A DNA stretch of 64,000 nucleotides. It comes from Chthonomonadales bacterium (GTDB lineage: Bacteria; Armatimonadota; Chthonomonadetes; Chthonomonadales; CAJBBX01). The stretch is taken from assembly GCA_049967475.1 (NCBI GenBank), contig JBMFSQ010000001.1, positions 22,600-86,599 on the forward strand, read 5' to 3'. Under the pieces are notes generated by a model. That model saw only the letters and a list, made by a program, of their open reading frames with translations. It ran no database searches and was not told the DNA's origin. Both the position numbers and the translations under genes were made by a program. Positions 48,857 to 58,466 of this stretch are shown here, piece after piece (position 1 is the first letter of the stretch; the number at the start of each line of letters is the position of its first letter).

Positions 48857-51800
48857 TCATTGGTTGCATAACGGCGGAGGTGGAGGCGATGTGGCGGGCT
48901 GAGAGGTGCGGCAAATGCGGAGGACCTTCTTCAAATAGTTCCTTCGACACTGCGTGAGCCTCCCGCATCCAAAATGCGCCAGGAGGGAACGCATGGCCTC
49001 CTCGTCGTCCAATGCAGTCTCGTGCTTACCCTGCGTGATGCGACGCAGAACGGAAGCAATTTCGGATGGCGGGATCTCCAACAAGTCTCGTACGCCGGCG
49101 GGCCTCTCCCTGACCCTAGGTGTGCCGGCAAGCCTCAAAACCTGTGACGCCGGTGACTTGTCGCCAAGCTCGTCTTCCACTACAATCTCGACGGCCTTCT
49201 CCATGCTGTTAAGGGTCCTATTCAGAATGCTCCTTACCGTTCTGCCCGCGCGGTGTAAGGTGGGACAGCCTTCGACGTAAAGCCGGAAAAGCAGCAGTTT
49301 CGTGAGAGGACCTTCTCTTTCTATTACCCGGCGCAGCGCTGCTCGAACGTCGGCTGGTGAAGCGTCACGAGGATCGGGGAAGCCGGGTTCCCCCGAAGAG
49401 TTTGTCGAGGGATTGGGCCTCAGATCATCCTCCCCGGTCTCTAAAACTTCCTCATCTGCCTCGGGCCGTCTGTCGTGTTCCACCTTTTCTACGGGCCGCG
49501 CTTCCGCGGTTGTGAGAATTGCTTCCGCTCCTTTTGGACTCTCGTGTTCTTGTTCTCCAACCGGCCGAATACCGCGCTGCTCGCATGCCTCGACGATCCG
49601 GCGTACTGCCCGCTCGCGGTCCGCATAAAATTCCGACTCCCGAATCCGCACGAACGCCCATCCGGCTCGCTCGAGCTGCCGCTGCCGAGCCATGTCCTGA
49701 TCATATCTCTCCGGTCCGTGCCAGGCCTCACCGTCACACTCCACGGCCAGCCTTTTCTGCAAGCCCTCCACCACGAGATCAATCCGGTAGCCCGCAACCT
49801 CCACCTGTGGCCGCACGCGGTATCTTCTCCTCAAAAGCTCCAGTGCGACGTCGACTTCGAACCAGCTTTCGTAGGGGTCGGGCTGTTCCCCATGCTGCCG
49901 GTATCTGCGCTTCGCCTCGCGCTCCAGGCGGTCTAACTCCTCGTAAAGTGTCTTAAGTGCTACCTGATCTGGGCTGTAGAAGAAGTTTAAAAGGCGCCAC
50001 CGCAAATCCTCGCGGCTAAGATCGTGCAACTGCACGCTATGGAACAACCATACCTGATCCCGCGCCCGGCTCATGGCCACGTTGAAGCGCCGCCGATCGG
50101 GAAGCCTCGTCAATGCCCTGAAGTCGTGATTGGGTGCAACGACAAGCGACAAGAAGATTATGTCCCTCTGGTCGCCCTGGAAAGTAGCAGGTACTCCACA
50201 GCGGAGTTTCCTTTCTTCACGAACCTTCGGCTCGAGCACATCGGCCAGCTTCTTTTCGATGAGCTCGGCTTGGGCGTGCCCCTGGAGGACGATGACTCCC
50301 ATTGTCTTGCCTTCATAATCCTTGTCATTGAGACACTCCTGGATTGTCGTAACGATTGCTTCTGCCTCAGCGCGGTTGATGATCCGCTCGCCCTCTCCTT
50401 CGCAAGCCCCCGCGCTCACGAATTGCGGTTTCAGGGGTAGGAGTCTATTGGGAGGGGGTTGGCGGAGTGGGATCAAGGGGGCATCTGTGTAACACAGGTC
50501 GTTGCTGAAACGGATGATCTCGGGAACGCAACGGAAATGCTCGCGAAGGGAGATGGCGTTTCCGAAGGCGCGTTCGGCGTGGTCATAGAGGCTTGTGTCA
50601 GGCCGAAATTCGTCACGGAATCCAAACTGCTGAAGGTGGTCGCGGGCAAGACGCGCGATGTCATCTTCGCGAACACCCACCGCCTCGGGGCTGTTCTGCT
50701 CATCGTCGCCAACGACGATGATGCGTTTTGCCAGCAGAAGGAGGACCAGCGCCTCAATTCCGGCCTGTGATGCTTCATCAACGATCACGGTATCGAAGAC
50801 CGCCGGCGTTGAGTCCGTTGTATCCCAGAGCTTGTGAAGCGGCATGATCCAAGCCGGTATCTTGGGGATGCATTTCATCAAATACTGGCGGGCTGTTCTC
50901 CGGTGCCGATAGGCGTACTTTCCCGTACCCTTTCCGATACGGGAGACCGCTTTTGTCCAGGCCGTGAGACTTTGCTCCGTTCGGTCGTCCAGCCGCTCGA
51001 AAAACGCTTTCCAAGCCTTGAGTGCGGCCAGTTCTTCGAGCTTTTTCTCGATTCTGCGTTGGAGCCGATGTCTTTCCTCGATGAGGCGCTCGTAACCCTC
51101 TGGATCGCTCACCTTGCGAAGCCATGCTTTCGCGGCAGCCCAAGCCCAGGCGTCGTCAAGGTGAAGGATTCTGTCTTTCCATTCAGGTCGCCCCTGGTTC
51201 GCTCTTAGGAGCGCACCCAGACCGGGGCATGCTCCGGCGATCTGGCCAATCATTTCTTGATAGCGAAGAAAACGGGCTTTCTCTTCCTTGAGACGCTCTC
51301 GCGTATCCCACGCGGTCATCCACGTCTCCGCGTTCCGCTCGCCGATGGCCTCAACCATCGCTTGGAGGGAGGGATGAGCGTTTCCTGAAGCGATGATTTG
51401 ACGCAACGAAGCCCGCCAGCTCTCCAGAGGTTGACGAACCCGATCGACGCGCCGCCGGGCCATTTCCGCTCTGATGAGGGCAAGCCACTTCGCGCGCTCG
51501 GTGGTCTGGGCGAGGTCAGCCCTCTTACTGACGGGTACCAAGGCTAATGCGTTCGCCGGCTGGTTTTGAAACAGTTCGAGCAGCCTGGGCAACTCTTCCA
51601 CCAACCCCTCGATGCGGGCGACCGCATGCCGGGGATCGGGACGAGCGAGATGAATGGGAGCAGGCCAGATTTGCTGAAAGTCCCTTACTGTCTCTTCCAG
51701 TTCGAGGAAAGCAAGGAGTCTCTCAAGTTGTTGCAGCTGCTTAGGTGTCTGTCCATCAATCCGACATAATTCCTCTACATAACGCGTCTCACGCACGACG

Positions 51801-54028
51801 CGAGGGACCAGGAACCCGATGCCCCGCCGTCCGCCCTTCTGAAAGTGCTCGAGGCGCCTTCGAGCATCCGTCAGTAGGCGTTGGTGGGGAACCTCAGCAG
51901 AGATCTCTACGCGAATGTCTCCCACTCTCTCCTTCGCATCCCGAAGTGAACCGACCAACCTAGTCGTGTCTTGAGCAAGTCGGCTCCATCGTTCCTGCTG
52001 CCCAACCAGAAGGTCTCCGAGAATGTCGGCTGTTAACTCACCGAGCACTCGGCCGGTTCGCGCCGCATGCTCCTCGATGGTCGTCAGGAAAGCTTCTGCC
52101 GTGGCTAGTTCGTCGTCCCCTATGGGTTGAAGCGCGTCAAGCTGGTCCGGGTCTATTCCTCTGCAGGCGGCTTCAGCCGACTGCTCTGCACCCCTCAACT
52201 CAGTTAGCGCGCGTTCAAATTCCTCAGGACTGGGAAGGGACAGCCCGCCGATATCCAGATCCAGCGCTGTCAGTTTTTCCTCGGTCAGCTCGGTATGAAT
52301 CTCAGCAAGCAGGATGATTTGATCAGAATCTAGCGGGCAGCGGCTGGCGTCCTTTGGAACCTCGGGGAACCAGGCGTATGCTTCCTCCTTTGCCTCCACT
52401 GCGCGGGCGATCTGGGCGGCGGTCCCTTCATGGCCGCCATAGAGCACGTGCGAGCGGGTTTCGGCCTCGCGAGTTTCACGCAAGTCGCGTTCCACCTGCG
52501 CGACCCTGTCTTCCAGTTGGCGCAACTCGCCTTCGAGTGCTGCGATCTGCTCTTGCGCCGATTTGCTAGCTCTCCACTCATTCTTGCGAGAGAGAATCCC
52601 GCGAACGCTGTCTTCGAGAAGCCGCTGATCGTCGTGCGTTGATCCAAACGCAGTGACACAGAGATTGCGGATCTCGCTTGGGAGCAAGTCCCTCAGCACG
52701 GCCAGAGCCTTTGGTGCATGGGCCGTGACCAGGACCCGTTCTCCTGAAGCCAGGAGGTGGCAAATCAGGTTGGCGATGGTGTGGCTTTTGCCTGTTCCAG
52801 GAGGGCCCTTGACGAGCACATAGGGTCGAACGCGCAAGCGCTCCGCAATTCTTCGCTGCTCCTCGTTCGTTGGAAGTGGAAAATAGAGGCGAGAATCGCC
52901 CAACCCCGAATTGGCCTCGGGGTCTTCTGGAGTTGTGCCGGCCCCACCTCCCGACGGCTCCCCTTCGCTGATGAAACGCTCCCAAGCCGGCATTAGCGAG
53001 AATGGCCCATCTTCGGTACCTTCATGAAGGCGAGTGATAAGCTCCTCATAGGCTGTCGGTCGTCGCTCACGGAGAACGAGCGCTGGAGCGTAAAATACCC
53101 GGAACGTTTCGTCCGCCCGTTCCGGCGGCTCAAAAGAACCTTCATCGACCTGAGCGTCAGGGCTCGCTTTGTTGGCGATCACGCGCAGGATCTCCCCGAC
53201 CTTGGCTCTGTCCCACGCCTGAACATCAAGTTCCTCCATGAGATCATCGAGCCCCGCGCCCTCCAAGCGTGGCTGGTGCTGGAGTTCCAGCATGTCCAGC
53301 TCGATCTTAAAGCGGTCGAAGGAGGCGCCAGGGCTAACCGTGAGGACACCTCGAACTGCGTCAAGACTGATCTCGGCTGGGGCGGTGAGGAGGTGCCTCT
53401 TGACGGTCTCTCCCGTTGGATCTCTCCACACCAGAAGTCCCACCCCTAGGATCAATTCGTACCGCTCCTCAGCCTCCTCGAGGCGACGACGCATGAAGTC
53501 TACATCCTCATAGACCCGCTGAACCTCCTGCCAGCGGCGCATTTCTTGCGCCCAGGGCTCCCACTTATTGACGAGGTAGTCCAGCCAGGCGTCTTCCACC
53601 TCGGGATGGTCCTGCAGGCGCCGTACTTGTGGAACCTTTTCAGTCAGCGTCCGCCCCAGTTCAGGTGGTGTATCGGGATCTGCCACCCGGGTTTCGACGA
53701 GGCTCGTGATCTCCGGCATAAGCTCGGGCTCTTGGGGCTCTTGGGCCGCTTGGTCAAGATCCTGCGGGCGGACCCAATCCTTACATAATTCCGGTACAGG
53801 CGGTCGCACCGGCCTGTGCTTCTTACGAACCTCAAGCCAGAGATCAGGAAACTCGCCGGGCTTGTCGTCGAAGAAAGCAGAACGGATGTCGGGGCGATCC
53901 CTCGGGACCTCATTAAACCACAAGAGCTTGTCGCTCGGCCCGTAGGCTGCAACGCGCTTTTGGCGAAGAGTGGCGGCGTCCTTGAGGAAGGACAACAACG
54001 ATTGCGATTTCTCGTGAATTTCTGCCAT
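48857..54028 (-). CDS. Large SF1 (Upf1/DNA2-like) helicase fused to a Vsr/DUF559-like PD-(D/E)xK nuclease and a C-terminal HTH-like domain; putative defence protein
   Basis: GPPGTGKS, DEASQ, VGD..Q, HFRC, FQG.QRD, NVAMSRAR; then ES.FE..V, IDLVV, AVECDG..WH, D..RQ..LE..GW. Confidence 0.88.
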   Translation of the reverse strand: MAEIHEKSQSLLSFLKDAATLRQKRVAAYGPSDKLLWFNEVPRDRPDIRSAFFDDKPGEFPDLWLEVRKKHRPVRPPVPELCKDWVRPQDLDQAAQEPQEPELMPEITSLVETRVADPDTPPELGRTLTEKVPQVRRLQDHPEVEDAWLDYLVNKWEPWAQEMRRWQEVQRVYEDVDFMRRRLEEAEERYELILGVGLLVWRDPTGETVKRHLLTAPAEISLDAVRGVLTVSPGASFDRFKIELDMLELQHQPRLEGAGLDDLMEELDVQAWDRAKVGEILRVIANKASPDAQVDEGSFEPPERADETFRVFYAPALVLRERRPTAYEELITRLHEGTEDGPFSLMPAWERFISEGEPSGGGAGTTPEDPEANSGLGDSRLYFPLPTNEEQRRIAERLRVRPYVLVKGPPGTGKSHTIANLICHLLASGERVLVTAHAPKALAVLRDLLPSEIRNLCVTAFGSTHDDQRLLEDSVRGILSRKNEWRASKSAQEQIAALEGELRQLEDRVAQVERDLRETREAETRSHVLYGGHEGTAAQIARAVEAKEEAYAWFPEVPKDASRCPLDSDQIILLAEIHTELTEEKLTALDLDIGGLSLPSPEEFERALTELRGAEQSAEAACRGIDPDQLDALQPIGDDELATAEAFLTTIEEHAARTGRVLGELTADILGDLLVGQQERWSRLAQDTTRLVGSLRDAKERVGDIRVEISAEVPHQRLLTDARRRLEHFQKGGRRGIGFLVPRVVRETRYVEELCRIDGQTPKQLQQLERLLAFLELEETVRDFQQIWPAPIHLARPDPRHAVARIEGLVEELPRLLELFQNQPANALALVPVSKRADLAQTTERAKWLALIRAEMARRRVDRVRQPLESWRASLRQIIASGNAHPSLQAMVEAIGERNAETWMTAWDTRERLKEEKARFLRYQEMIGQIAGACPGLGALLRANQGRPEWKDRILHLDDAWAWAAAKAWLRKVSDPEGYERLIEERHRLQRRIEKKLEELAALKAWKAFFERLDDRTEQSLTAWTKAVSRIGKGTGKYAYRHRRTARQYLMKCIPKIPAWIMPLHKLWDTTDSTPAVFDTVIVDEASQAGIEALVLLLLAKRIIVVGDDEQNSPEAVGVREDDIARLARDHLQQFGFRDEFRPDTSLYDHAERAFGNAISLREHFRCVPEIIRFSNDLCYTDAPLIPLRQPPPNRLLPLKPQFVSAGACEGEGERIINRAEAEAIVTTIQECLNDKDYEGKTMGVIVLQGHAQAELIEKKLADVLEPKVREERKLRCGVPATFQGDQRDIIFLSLVVAPNHDFRALTRLPDRRRFNVAMSRARDQVWLFHSVQLHDLSREDLRWRLLNFFYSPDQVALKTLYEELDRLEREAKRRYRQHGEQPDPYESWFEVDVALELLRRRYRVRPQVEVAGYRIDLVVEGLQKRLAVECDGEAWHGPERYDQDMARQRQLERAGWAFVRIRESEFYADRERAVRRIVEACEQRGIRPVGEQEHESPKGAEAILTTAEARPVEKVEHDRRPEADEEVLETGEDDLRPNPSTNSSGEPGFPDPRDASPADVRAALRRVIEREGPLTKLLLFRLYVEGCPTLHRAGRTVRSILNRTLNSMEKAVEIVVEDELGDKSPASQVLRLAGTPRVRERPAGVRDLLEIPPSEIASVLRRITQGKHETALDDEEAMRSLLAHFGCGRLTQCRRNYLKKVLRICRTSQPATSPPPPPLCNQ

Positions 54029-54082
54029 GGATGCAAGATTCCGAGAGAGGGGAGCCATGCGCGCCGGCGCCCCGCTTTTCTT

Positions 54083-54298
54083 CCACGCCCGTGTTCCTCG
54101 CCCGCACAGCCATCCGCGGCCAGGCAAGGTTTTCGCACTCCACCAGTATAATCGAAGAAGGGGCGATGAAACAGGAAATCACTGCCGCCACGCACCCACG
54201 GAGGCCGATGGACAGATGACTGCGGATGGATCCTTGCGCGCACAGCTCGAGAAAGTGGGCTTTTCGGATGCCGCCCGCGCAGAGCGCATCATCCGCTC
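54083..54298 (+). repeat. 216-bp exact direct repeat, copy 1 (glnE upstream region plus first 28 codons)
   Basis: Identical by eye to 55250-55465, offset 1167. Confidence 0.95.
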
Positions 54299-54335
54299 CG
54301 AGCGGAGCGAGGTGTCGGCCGCAAGCGCTGCTTAG
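54216..54335 (+). pseudogene. Truncated duplicate of the glnE N-terminus
   Basis: MTADGSLRAQLEKVGFSDAARAERIIRS is identical to the GlnE start, then reads into the attC remnant and stops. Confidence 0.85.
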
Positions 54336-54342
54336 GCGCAAC
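54299..54342 (-). mobile_element. Truncated attC site (5' half) of the hicBA cassette
   Basis: Minus strand GTTGC-GCCTAAG-CAGCGCTTGCGGCCGAC...TCGCTCCGCTCG just after the hicA stop: R''-like and L''-like boxes, cut at the repeat junction. Confidence 0.7.
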
Positions 54343-54367
54343 ACGCTATAAACAAACGAGACACACT

Positions 54368-54592
54368 TTATAGTAGGTCCACTAACTCCTCACGCGTCAT
54401 CTCACAATCGCGCAATATCTTGAACATCAACCCTGGACCGATTGTTTCTCCGCGATGAACGGGTACGACTGTACACCGTCCATCGGGGTGGCGCAGAAAG
54501 TGATGACTTCCTTTTACGCGTATTACTTCAAAGCCAGCCCTCTGCAATGCTGAAACAACTTCGTGACCTTTGAGGTCCGGCAATTTCGTCAT
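54368..54592 (-). CDS. hicA: HicA-family mRNA interferase toxin
   Basis: 74 aa; L...GF...R.KGSH, VPVH, G....IL. Confidence 0.92.
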   Translation of the reverse strand: MTKLPDLKGHEVVSALQRAGFEVIRVKGSHHFLRHPDGRCTVVPVHRGETIGPGLMFKILRDCEMTREELVDLL

Positions 54593-54804
54593 GCTTCCAC
54601 CCAGATACGCTGAACCCCTATGAATTCCTGAGGTGGGATTTTCTCACCTTCGACTTCCAAGCACAACTCGATTGCCTCGCGAATTCGTTTCATCAAGGTA
54701 TCCAGCGATTTGGCTTGAGTATGGCAGCCGCGCAATTCTGGAACACTGGCTACATAGTAACCTTCAGAGTCGCGTTCAATGATAACATTAAATGCTCTTG
54801 TCAT
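54589..54804 (-). CDS. hicB: HicB-family antitoxin (short, no DNA-binding domain)
   Basis: IIE.D.EG.YVA.VPEL.GC.TQ...L.....I.EAI.L; ATGA overlap with hicA. Confidence 0.92.
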   Translation of the reverse strand: MTRAFNVIIERDSEGYYVASVPELRGCHTQAKSLDTLMKRIREAIELCLEVEGEKIPPQEFIGVQRIWVEA

Positions 54805-54853
54805 TCATCTTCACTCCATTTCTACTGTTTTGCGTGCCGTCTTGAAAGGTTGC

Positions 54854-54982
54854 GCCCAACGGCGGGCGCTTCAGCCGCCGCCGTGATACGCCAGACTCCA
54901 ACGAACGCAAACCGCCGAACTTACGCTCCTCGCGCCCGCATCCCCACGCCGAAGGCGGTCGCCGGGCAAGCGGTTGTTACCC
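54854..54982 (-). mobile_element. attC-like integron recombination site (129 bp)
   Basis: Minus strand GGGTAAC-AACCGCTTGC...CGGCGGCTGAAGCGCCCGCC-GTTGGGC; the end matches the GTTRRRY core and L''/L' boxes are complementary. Confidence 0.75.
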
Positions 54983-55070
54983 ACATCCCGCCGACTGGCG
55001 GAGGACGCCACCACCTGCCCACACGCCGTTTCTCTTCTGGCAACGTGCCAACGCCATCCCACGTGCCACC

Positions 55071-55099
55071 TTTATAACACAGCGGCACGCAAAGGGCAA
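55071..55099 (-). promoter_or_regulatory. Promoter pointing into the cassette array (Pc-like)
   Basis: Minus strand TTGCCC-N17-TATAAA with TG extension. Confidence 0.5.
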
Positions 55100-55249
55100 G
55101 CGCCTCAACACCCCCTCGACCTCCCCCCACCACGCTAAGCAACGACAGGATCGGCAAGCGGACGCCGCTCCCACCAGGTACAGATAAGAACCGCCGGGCG
55201 CGGAAGCCCCGTGGAACAAGAGTTGCTCCTCAGGCAGGAAGACCCGGCC

Positions 55250-55465
55250 CCACGCCCGTGTTCCTCGCCCGCACAGCCATCCGCGGCCAGGCAAGGTTTT
55301 CGCACTCCACCAGTATAATCGAAGAAGGGGCGATGAAACAGGAAATCACTGCCGCCACGCACCCACGGAGGCCGATGGACAGATGACTGCGGATGGATCC
55401 TTGCGCGCACAGCTCGAGAAAGTGGGCTTTTCGGATGCCGCCCGCGCAGAGCGCATCATCCGCTC
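55250..55465 (+). repeat. 216-bp exact direct repeat, copy 2 (native glnE 5' region)
   Basis: Identical by eye to 54083-54298; contains TATAAT, GGAGG and the glnE start. Confidence 0.95.
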
Positions 55466-58400
55466 TCTGGCGGGCCAAGGGGTGACCGATGACGACGTGG
55501 ATCTCATGATCCCCATCCTCCTCCGATCCCTCGCTGCAAGTCCCGACCCGGATCGCGCACTCAACAACTTTGAACGCTGGTTCCAATCTGTTACGAACCG
55601 CATCACCCACGTGCGCTATCTTCTCGCTCACCCTGCGGCGTTGGAGATCTTTTTTAGTGTTTGCGGTACGAGCCAGTTCTTCTCGGACATTCTCATCCGT
55701 AACCCGGAATACTTCGAGATCCTTGCCAATCCCGGTGTCCGAGGAGGCACGAAGTCCGCGGGAACCCTGTACCGGGAACTTTCGGCATTCGTGGATGCCA
55801 TCGTGCGCCCGGAGCTCAAATTGGAAGCCATGCGCAGGTTCAAGCACCGGGAGATCCTGCGCATCGGGACGCGGGATATCCTGGGTTTGGCGGACATGCC
55901 TGCTACTGCCCATGAGTTCTCGAGCCTCGCCGACGCATGCATCCAGAAGTGTCTGGAGATCGCCCAGGCCCAGTCTGCTGGCGGCGGCGGGGCCCCGCTC
56001 CCGATGGCCGTAATCGCCATGGGGAAGCTCGGAGGCCAGGAGCTGAACTACTCCAGCGATATTGACCTTCTGTTCGTGGCGGCAGATGACGCACCCGAAG
56101 CAGCCCCTGCAGATTGGCCAACTCCCTGCCTCCGTTTGGCCGAGCGCGTGGTGAGCGGCCTTACCCAAAACATGACGAGCGGGCACCTGTTTCGTGTAGA
56201 TATGCGCCTCAGGCCGGAAGGGCGCTTCGGACCGCTGGTGCGCACCCTCTCTTCGTACCGCGCCTATTACGAAAGTTGGGCAGAAGCATGGGAGCGGCAG
56301 GCTCTCATCAAGGCGCGCGTCGTTGCCGGTGATGCCGCTGTGGGGCGGGAGTTCATGGAGATGGTGTCCGGCTTTGTCTACCGCCGCCACGTAGACGCGG
56401 CCTTCATCGAGGAGATCCGAAGGAACAAGCGGCGCATCGAACGCAAGGCAGAACTCGAAGGGCAATCCCGCGCGAATGTGAAGATCGGCATCGGCGGCAT
56501 CAGGGATGTGGAGTTCACGGTGCAACTGCAGCAGCTTGTCCTCGGAGGACGGAACCCTCTCGTGCGGACACCCAATACGGTGGATGCGATCCGCCGACTT
56601 CGGCACGTAGGCGCCCTCACGACGCGTGAGGCATCAGAATTGACGGAGGATTATTGCTTTTTGCGCACGGTGGAGCATCGCCTGCAGATCCTCTACGAAC
56701 TCCAGACGCAAACGCTGCCGTCAGACCCGGCTGAGCTTCGGTTGCTTGCCCGCAGATTGGGGTACGGCGACGCCGAAACGTTTTTGCAAGATTACGCGCG
56801 CCGCACGGCAAGGGTTCGGGGCCATTGCGCCGCTCTGTTCTATGGTGAGCCCGAGGAGCGTGCCTCAGTTGCCGGCACCTCCGAATGGCGCGATCTGGTG
56901 ATCAACATAGACAGTCCCCGCGTGCGCCGCACCGCCGAGGATCTTCTCAGCGCCATGGGTTTCAGGGACGCGGCGGCTGTATGCTCGGTGATGGAAACGG
57001 CCGCCGTGGGATCGCGATATGGCAGGGCGCGCCCCGAAGCGGCCCAACTCTTCGCGGACCTCGTCCCCCATCTGTTGGATGCTTGCGTGCGATCCGGCGA
57101 TCCCGACACGGCCTTTCGCTCCATCGAGTTCCTGGCTGCTGCAGCTCCCAACCGGGCAGAACTCTACCGGTCTCTGCTTGGTGCGGAAGACGTGCTCGAC
57201 CGCATCTGCCGGCTGGGGGCAGCGGCTCCGGGGCTCGTGCAAGGGCTGGCGAGGCACTTGGAGTGGCTGGATCTTCTGGTTAGCGACGAGATCATTGACC
57301 CCAGCGTCAAAGGACCCGCGGTCATCGCACGCGAGCTCACCCAGCGCCTGCCCGCAGAGTATACAACGGCGCAGGAGATCACGTGGGACGTCCTCGCCCT
57401 CTACTATCGTCGCGAACTCCTCCGCATTGCAGCGCGGGACGTATGGGGCGAAATCTCACCGGGCGACGCATCGCGAGAGTTGGCTGCGTTAGCGGATGGC
57501 ATCATCGAAGTCATTCTCAAAGGCGCCATTGGCGAGGTAATCCAGCGCTACCCCGGCACCGAGGCATCGCTCGAGAGTGTGGCCGTCATCGGTCTTGGCA
57601 GGTTGGGGGGCCAAGAGCCAGGCTATGGGTCCGATTGGGATGTTCTCTTCGTGTGGGATCCCGAAGCGGGTGCCTCCACGGGCGTGTCCCCGCAGGCAGC
57701 GCTCAATGCGCTTGCGGAAGTGCTCCTCGGCGCCGGTGAGCGTATGCGCACCCGAGGAGCTGCCGTAACGCTGGATGCGCGGCTCCGGCCGGAAGGCCGC
57801 TTCGGCGCCCTCATACGCCCTCTACAGGATTACGAGGAATACTACGGGACGGCGGCGCAACTATGGGAACGCCAAACGCTGATACGTGCGCGGGCAGTGG
57901 CCGGAAGTCGCCATACGGGAGATCGGTACCTGCAGATCGCGCGCACGGCAGCCTACGGCAGGCCCTTCGGTGCAGACGATCAGCGTGCGATGATCGCCAT
58001 GAAGCGGCGCATCGAGCGGGAACGGCTGAAAGTTGAGGAACAGCATTCGGATCTGAAGCTTGGGCTAGGCGGCCTGAGCGATATCGAATTCACCACGCAC
58101 TTGTGGCAGATGCGTTCGGGTGCGCGGCATCCCACCGTGCAGGTTGCCAGGACCGTAGATGCGCTGCACGCCCTGGCGGCTGCCGGTGTGTTGCGAACTG
58201 CGGATGTGGTGCGACTGGCCGAGCACTACGAATGGCTCAGCACGGTGCGCAACCGATTGGCATTGCGCGAGGGACTGCCCGTGGACACCGTGCCGCAGGA
58301 CCCTGTGGTCCGCCGGGTGGTTGCGGTGTCTCTCGGGATCATGGACGATGCCTCTGCCCGGGCTGAGGACCGGCTCGTGCGGCAGGTGCAAGAGCGCATG

Positions 58401-58466
58401 ACAGAAGTGCGGGCTCTGGCGGAGCGGCTCTTCTACGAGGCGCCTCCCCCAGGCGAGGGTCTGTGA
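55383..58466 (+). CDS. glnE: Bifunctional glutamine synthetase adenylyltransferase/deadenylase
   Basis: Two nucleotidyltransferase halves: MGKLGGQELNYSSDIDL / VDMRLRPEG / WERQA, and LGRLGGQEPGYGSDWD / DARLRPEG; K.G.GG..D.EF in both. Confidence 0.95.
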   Translation: MTADGSLRAQLEKVGFSDAARAERIIRSLAGQGVTDDDVDLMIPILLRSLAASPDPDRALNNFERWFQSVTNRITHVRYLLAHPAALEIFFSVCGTSQFFSDILIRNPEYFEILANPGVRGGTKSAGTLYRELSAFVDAIVRPELKLEAMRRFKHREILRIGTRDILGLADMPATAHEFSSLADACIQKCLEIAQAQSAGGGGAPLPMAVIAMGKLGGQELNYSSDIDLLFVAADDAPEAAPADWPTPCLRLAERVVSGLTQNMTSGHLFRVDMRLRPEGRFGPLVRTLSSYRAYYESWAEAWERQALIKARVVAGDAAVGREFMEMVSGFVYRRHVDAAFIEEIRRNKRRIERKAELEGQSRANVKIGIGGIRDVEFTVQLQQLVLGGRNPLVRTPNTVDAIRRLRHVGALTTREASELTEDYCFLRTVEHRLQILYELQTQTLPSDPAELRLLARRLGYGDAETFLQDYARRTARVRGHCAALFYGEPEERASVAGTSEWRDLVINIDSPRVRRTAEDLLSAMGFRDAAAVCSVMETAAVGSRYGRARPEAAQLFADLVPHLLDACVRSGDPDTAFRSIEFLAAAAPNRAELYRSLLGAEDVLDRICRLGAAAPGLVQGLARHLEWLDLLVSDEIIDPSVKGPAVIARELTQRLPAEYTTAQEITWDVLALYYRRELLRIAARDVWGEISPGDASRELAALADGIIEVILKGAIGEVIQRYPGTEASLESVAVIGLGRLGGQEPGYGSDWDVLFVWDPEAGASTGVSPQAALNALAEVLLGAGERMRTRGAAVTLDARLRPEGRFGALIRPLQDYEEYYGTAAQLWERQTLIRARAVAGSRHTGDRYLQIARTAAYGRPFGADDQRAMIAMKRRIERERLKVEEQHSDLKLGLGGLSDIEFTTHLWQMRSGARHPTVQVARTVDALHALAAAGVLRTADVVRLAEHYEWLSTVRNRLALREGLPVDTVPQDPVVRRVVAVSLGIMDDASARAEDRLVRQVQERMTEVRALAERLFYEAPPPGEGL

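Noticed and set aside
55040..55070. sigma54 promoter or attI from two TGGCACGT copies on the minus strand
   Set aside because: No correctly spaced -12 TTGC and no clear GTTRRRY core; cannot be supported.
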